Below are positions 60,941 through 64,000 of a stretch of DNA of 64,000 nt, in pieces. Both the position numbers and the translations under genes were made by a program. How positions within the stretch are numbered: position 1 is the stretch's first letter; every line of letters starts with the position of its first letter. Origin of the DNA: Lama guanicoe (Eukaryota); NCBI GenBank assembly GCA_013239625.1, contig MU057069.1, positions 1,298,018 through 1,362,017 on the forward strand, read 5' to 3'. Below the pieces are notes generated by a model. It was given only the letters and a program-made list of their open reading frames with translations, searched no databases and had not been told where the DNA came from.

Positions 60941-62955
60941 TCATTTGATCAGGATGGCACAGGCAGGAGATTCGTCCTCCGACAGGTTCCGCAGGTTCCT
61001 CTCAGAGTCCTCTGACGAGCTGGGGGAAGGGGTGGTGATCAGAGGTCTGGGGTCTGCCTGGCCCCTCCTTAGTCCTCCATGCCCCGCGTGACACAAGGTT
61101 GGCGAGAGGCCGGGGAGCCGAGGCAGCCCCTCCCATGGCCCCATCCAGCCACCTCACCCCAGGAAATCTTTCACGTCCTCCACCGTGACGTCCCCCGTTG
61201 TGTCCAGTGTGGTCTCGGCACTGGTGGCCGAGTCAATGGACATGGGTGAGAGTGTGGCCTCGGGCGGCTCCGGGGTGTCTGCAGGGGGGATGTGATCAGG
61301 GCCTCAGGGACACCCCCCCACACCTGGGGACCTGGGCACCCAGTCGCACATCTAGTCAGTGGTGGAACGCGGCATCGACAGCCCCCCTCGCCTCCTGCGT
61401 GGCACCCCCCCCCCAGGCTTCCAGCCTTAGCTGGCCTGCCGCCTCCCACAGAGGCCTGCCTGAGGTCTGGGCTGCTCCACTCTCATGCCCAGCCCTCCTC
61501 ACCAGCTCCCGTGCTGAGGACAGGATCGGGGCTTCCATCACAGCTCTGGGGGGCCAGGACGATGCCCGGGGTCCCATTAGCCTGGCTCAGCTTGGGCGAC
61601 TCTCGGAGCCTGCAGCTGCAGAGACGGGGCCGTGCTAGGGGCCATGGGCAGGCAGCTCACGGCTCAAGGGCAAGAACCCTGCCCTCCCGTTACCGAACCC
61701 TCGGCCCAAAGAGGGCTGTCCTGGCTTCTTGCAGATCTGGGCACAGACCTCTGGGGCCAGGGGCTACCTCTCCACACACCTGGCATGGGGGGCATCACGG
61801 GGCCAGCTAATATCCAGAGAGCAGAGCGGCTCTGTGATGTTCCGCGCACTCAGGGAAAAGCGTTCAAACTCCGACGGGGAAATCAAGTAAAAGCCTGCTC
61901 GGGGAGGAGGGGCAGAGTACAGTGAGGGAGGAGCCCCGGCGGGCAGCGTCCCCACCTGGAGGGCCCTTCCGCTGCCTCCCCGGCAATCCTCCTGGCCCCA
62001 CACAGGTCCCCGTCCGGAGGCCGCCCTGGCCCCCCGGGCCGCCCCCTCACCCTGGCCGTGCTGCGTGAAGACGCAGGAGGCGATGCCGCTGATGTCCTCC
62101 TTACGAATGCAGGCGTAGTGCACCTGGGGCCGCAGGCCGGGCACTGAGAAGACGTGCACGTCGCCCAGGTTGGTGAGGCAGGCCAGGCAGGTCTCAGCGT
62201 AGTCCTCGCAGGCCACGCTGGCAAAGGTGGCCAGAGCCACCTTGCGCACACGACAGCCTTCATGGGCCGTCAGCTTGAACTTGGTCTTGGCACTCACCTT
62301 GGGCAGTGTGAACACCTGAAGGCAGGTGGTGGCTGGTGAGCAGCGCCCCCACCCCTAGCCCAGGCTGCCGCTCAGACCCGCACCCTGGCCACACCACGTC
62401 CTCTGTCTGCACACTGCCCGCCCTGAGCTGCCGTCCTGACCTGACCCAGGCTCCACACCGGGGAACCTCCCAGCCCCTCCATGTGTGACAGAGCTGGTCA
62501 CGAGCTCCCGCCAGACAGCCGGGGAGTGTTTCCAAGGGGGCCTGCGGGGCACTTGGGTCCCTGGGGGTCTCAGCAGCAGGGGTGCAGGCAAGGTGGGTGT
62601 TCTGAGGGCCTTGTGGTGTCTGGGAGGCGGGGGCCTGGCGGGGACTCCTGGCGGCTCACCTTGAACTGCTCCTCAGATGCGATGAGCACGGCGTGGCCAC
62701 CCTGCATGTCAGGGGCCTGCGCCAGGTCCCGCGAGGCCTCGTAGGGCTCCGGCAGCGGGCGGCCACGTCCGTCCAGCACAGCGATGGCCACCACGGGGGC
62801 GCGGTGCATCAGCTGCACCTCCTTGCCCAGCACGGCCTCCACCGCACGCTCCGGCCGTTTCTCACTGCCTGCCGTGGCCGCGGGCACCTCCAGCGCGTAG
62901 GCAAACACAGAGCCCGAATTGGTGCCTGCCCACATGGTGGGTCCATGGTGGGCCG
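60941..62955 (-). CDS. LLGL1: Lethal(2) giant larvae homolog 1, C-terminal 6 coding exons (gene continues beyond the window end)
   Basis: Exons 62955-62660, 62315-62051, 61894-61780, 61615-61503, 61278-61158, 61019-60941(TGA) join in frame: [23 protein letters not shown]...[25 protein letters not shown]...[18 protein letters not shown]...[33 protein letters not shown] 3'UTR intron lies at 60930-60727. Confidence 0.97.
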
Positions 62956-64000
62956 CTGCGGGGTGATGGGCCAGTGAGGCGGGCGTCTGCAGTTGCCTCC
63001 CCACCCTCCTGATGCCCAGGACCCAGGGCCAGTTCTCTCCTGCCCACAGCCCTGGTGACCTTGGGCCGTCCTCCTGCAAGGGCAGCAGTGCCCTTCAGGG
63101 CATCTGCACAGGAAGTCAACCGGCCCTTAAACTGGACCCGGCTCTCCCATACGCCCTCCAGCATCCCGGCAACGTGGCCACAGCGCAGAGCCCCAACACA
63201 CCCCCATCCTGCCACTAGCCCTGCCAGCAGGCTCGGAATTGGGCCCCCACCCTGCAGGTCCCCTGCTGGCCCCTGCGATGCCCCCACCCCTTCTCCACGT
63301 GGCACCCAGGTGCCAAGTCCTGTGCCTGGGCTGAGATACGTGCTGTCCAGCCTGCTTCCCCTGTGAGCTGGGCCGCTCTTAGGAAAAAAGAGGATTTTTT
63401 AGTGGAAAATCAGCTAAAAACAGGCGTGCGGATGGATGGGGTGCTCACTGCTCACGGGGTGGGGACAAACCCCAGGGAAAGTTAGTGGGCAACTCAAAGC
63501 CATGTTCTCTGAAGCCCAGCTCACTGGGACTTGGGCCCTGATAACTTCCTATGGGGACCGTGGAACCAGGTACAGACCCCAGGGCTGCCACATTCAGACC
63601 AGAGGGAAGGTCTGCCGGACAAAGAGGCCCCCAGCCAATAAATGACACCAGAAGTGGGGGCTCCCCTCCCAGATGGTGACTGAAAGACGCACCAATGAGC
63701 TGCCTCGTGCAGATGACCAGGACGCCAAACCCCTAGCTCTGAAAAGGCGTTTGGAGCTGCCCCTGGGCCGAGTGTGACAAGAAACCCTGGGGTCGGCATC
63801 CACTCCAAGGGGAGCCAGGCAGGCTACAGATTACATCTGCTAAACACGGAACTACTCACATTCGGGCTTTCGTTCAGAGCGCCCCACAAGACAGGGGGGT
63901 CCAGCAGCAGCAGCAGCCGGCCGGCATGGTCTGTGCTGTGTACGTGGCTGAAATGCCCCGTTGTAGCTCAAAGCAGTCAGGGACTTGGTCCATAAACCCG

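Overview
Mammalian, very GC-rich genomic DNA syntenic with the human 17p11.2 Smith-Magenis region. It is probably camelid, judged from a Vic-1-like tRNA-derived SINE and the absence of any Alu, B1, Bov-tA or PRE-1 that I could recognise. Six spliced protein-coding genes alternate in orientation: the 3' half of SHMT1 (+), SMCR8 (-), TOP3A (+), MIEF2 (-), FLII (+) and the 3' part of LLGL1 (-). Two CpG-island bidirectional promoters (SMCR8/TOP3A, MIEF2/FLII) alternate with convergent 3' ends, two of which overlap (SHMT1/SMCR8, FLII/LLGL1). Exon boundaries were read from GT/AG sites and give continuous frames. I found no prokaryotic-type system, CRISPR array or novel gene; most ORFs in the six-frame track are GC-rich noise. 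The best leads are: a uORF whose stop overlaps the mitochondrial start codon of TOP3A; a three-uORF leader on SMCR8; a minisatellite that multiplies the TOP3A exon-5 splice donor; a 25-nt last intron in FLII; a burst of GC-directed substitutions in FLII exon 8; and a stop-loss extension of MIEF2. Comparisons with human or mouse sequences are from memory and need alignment.
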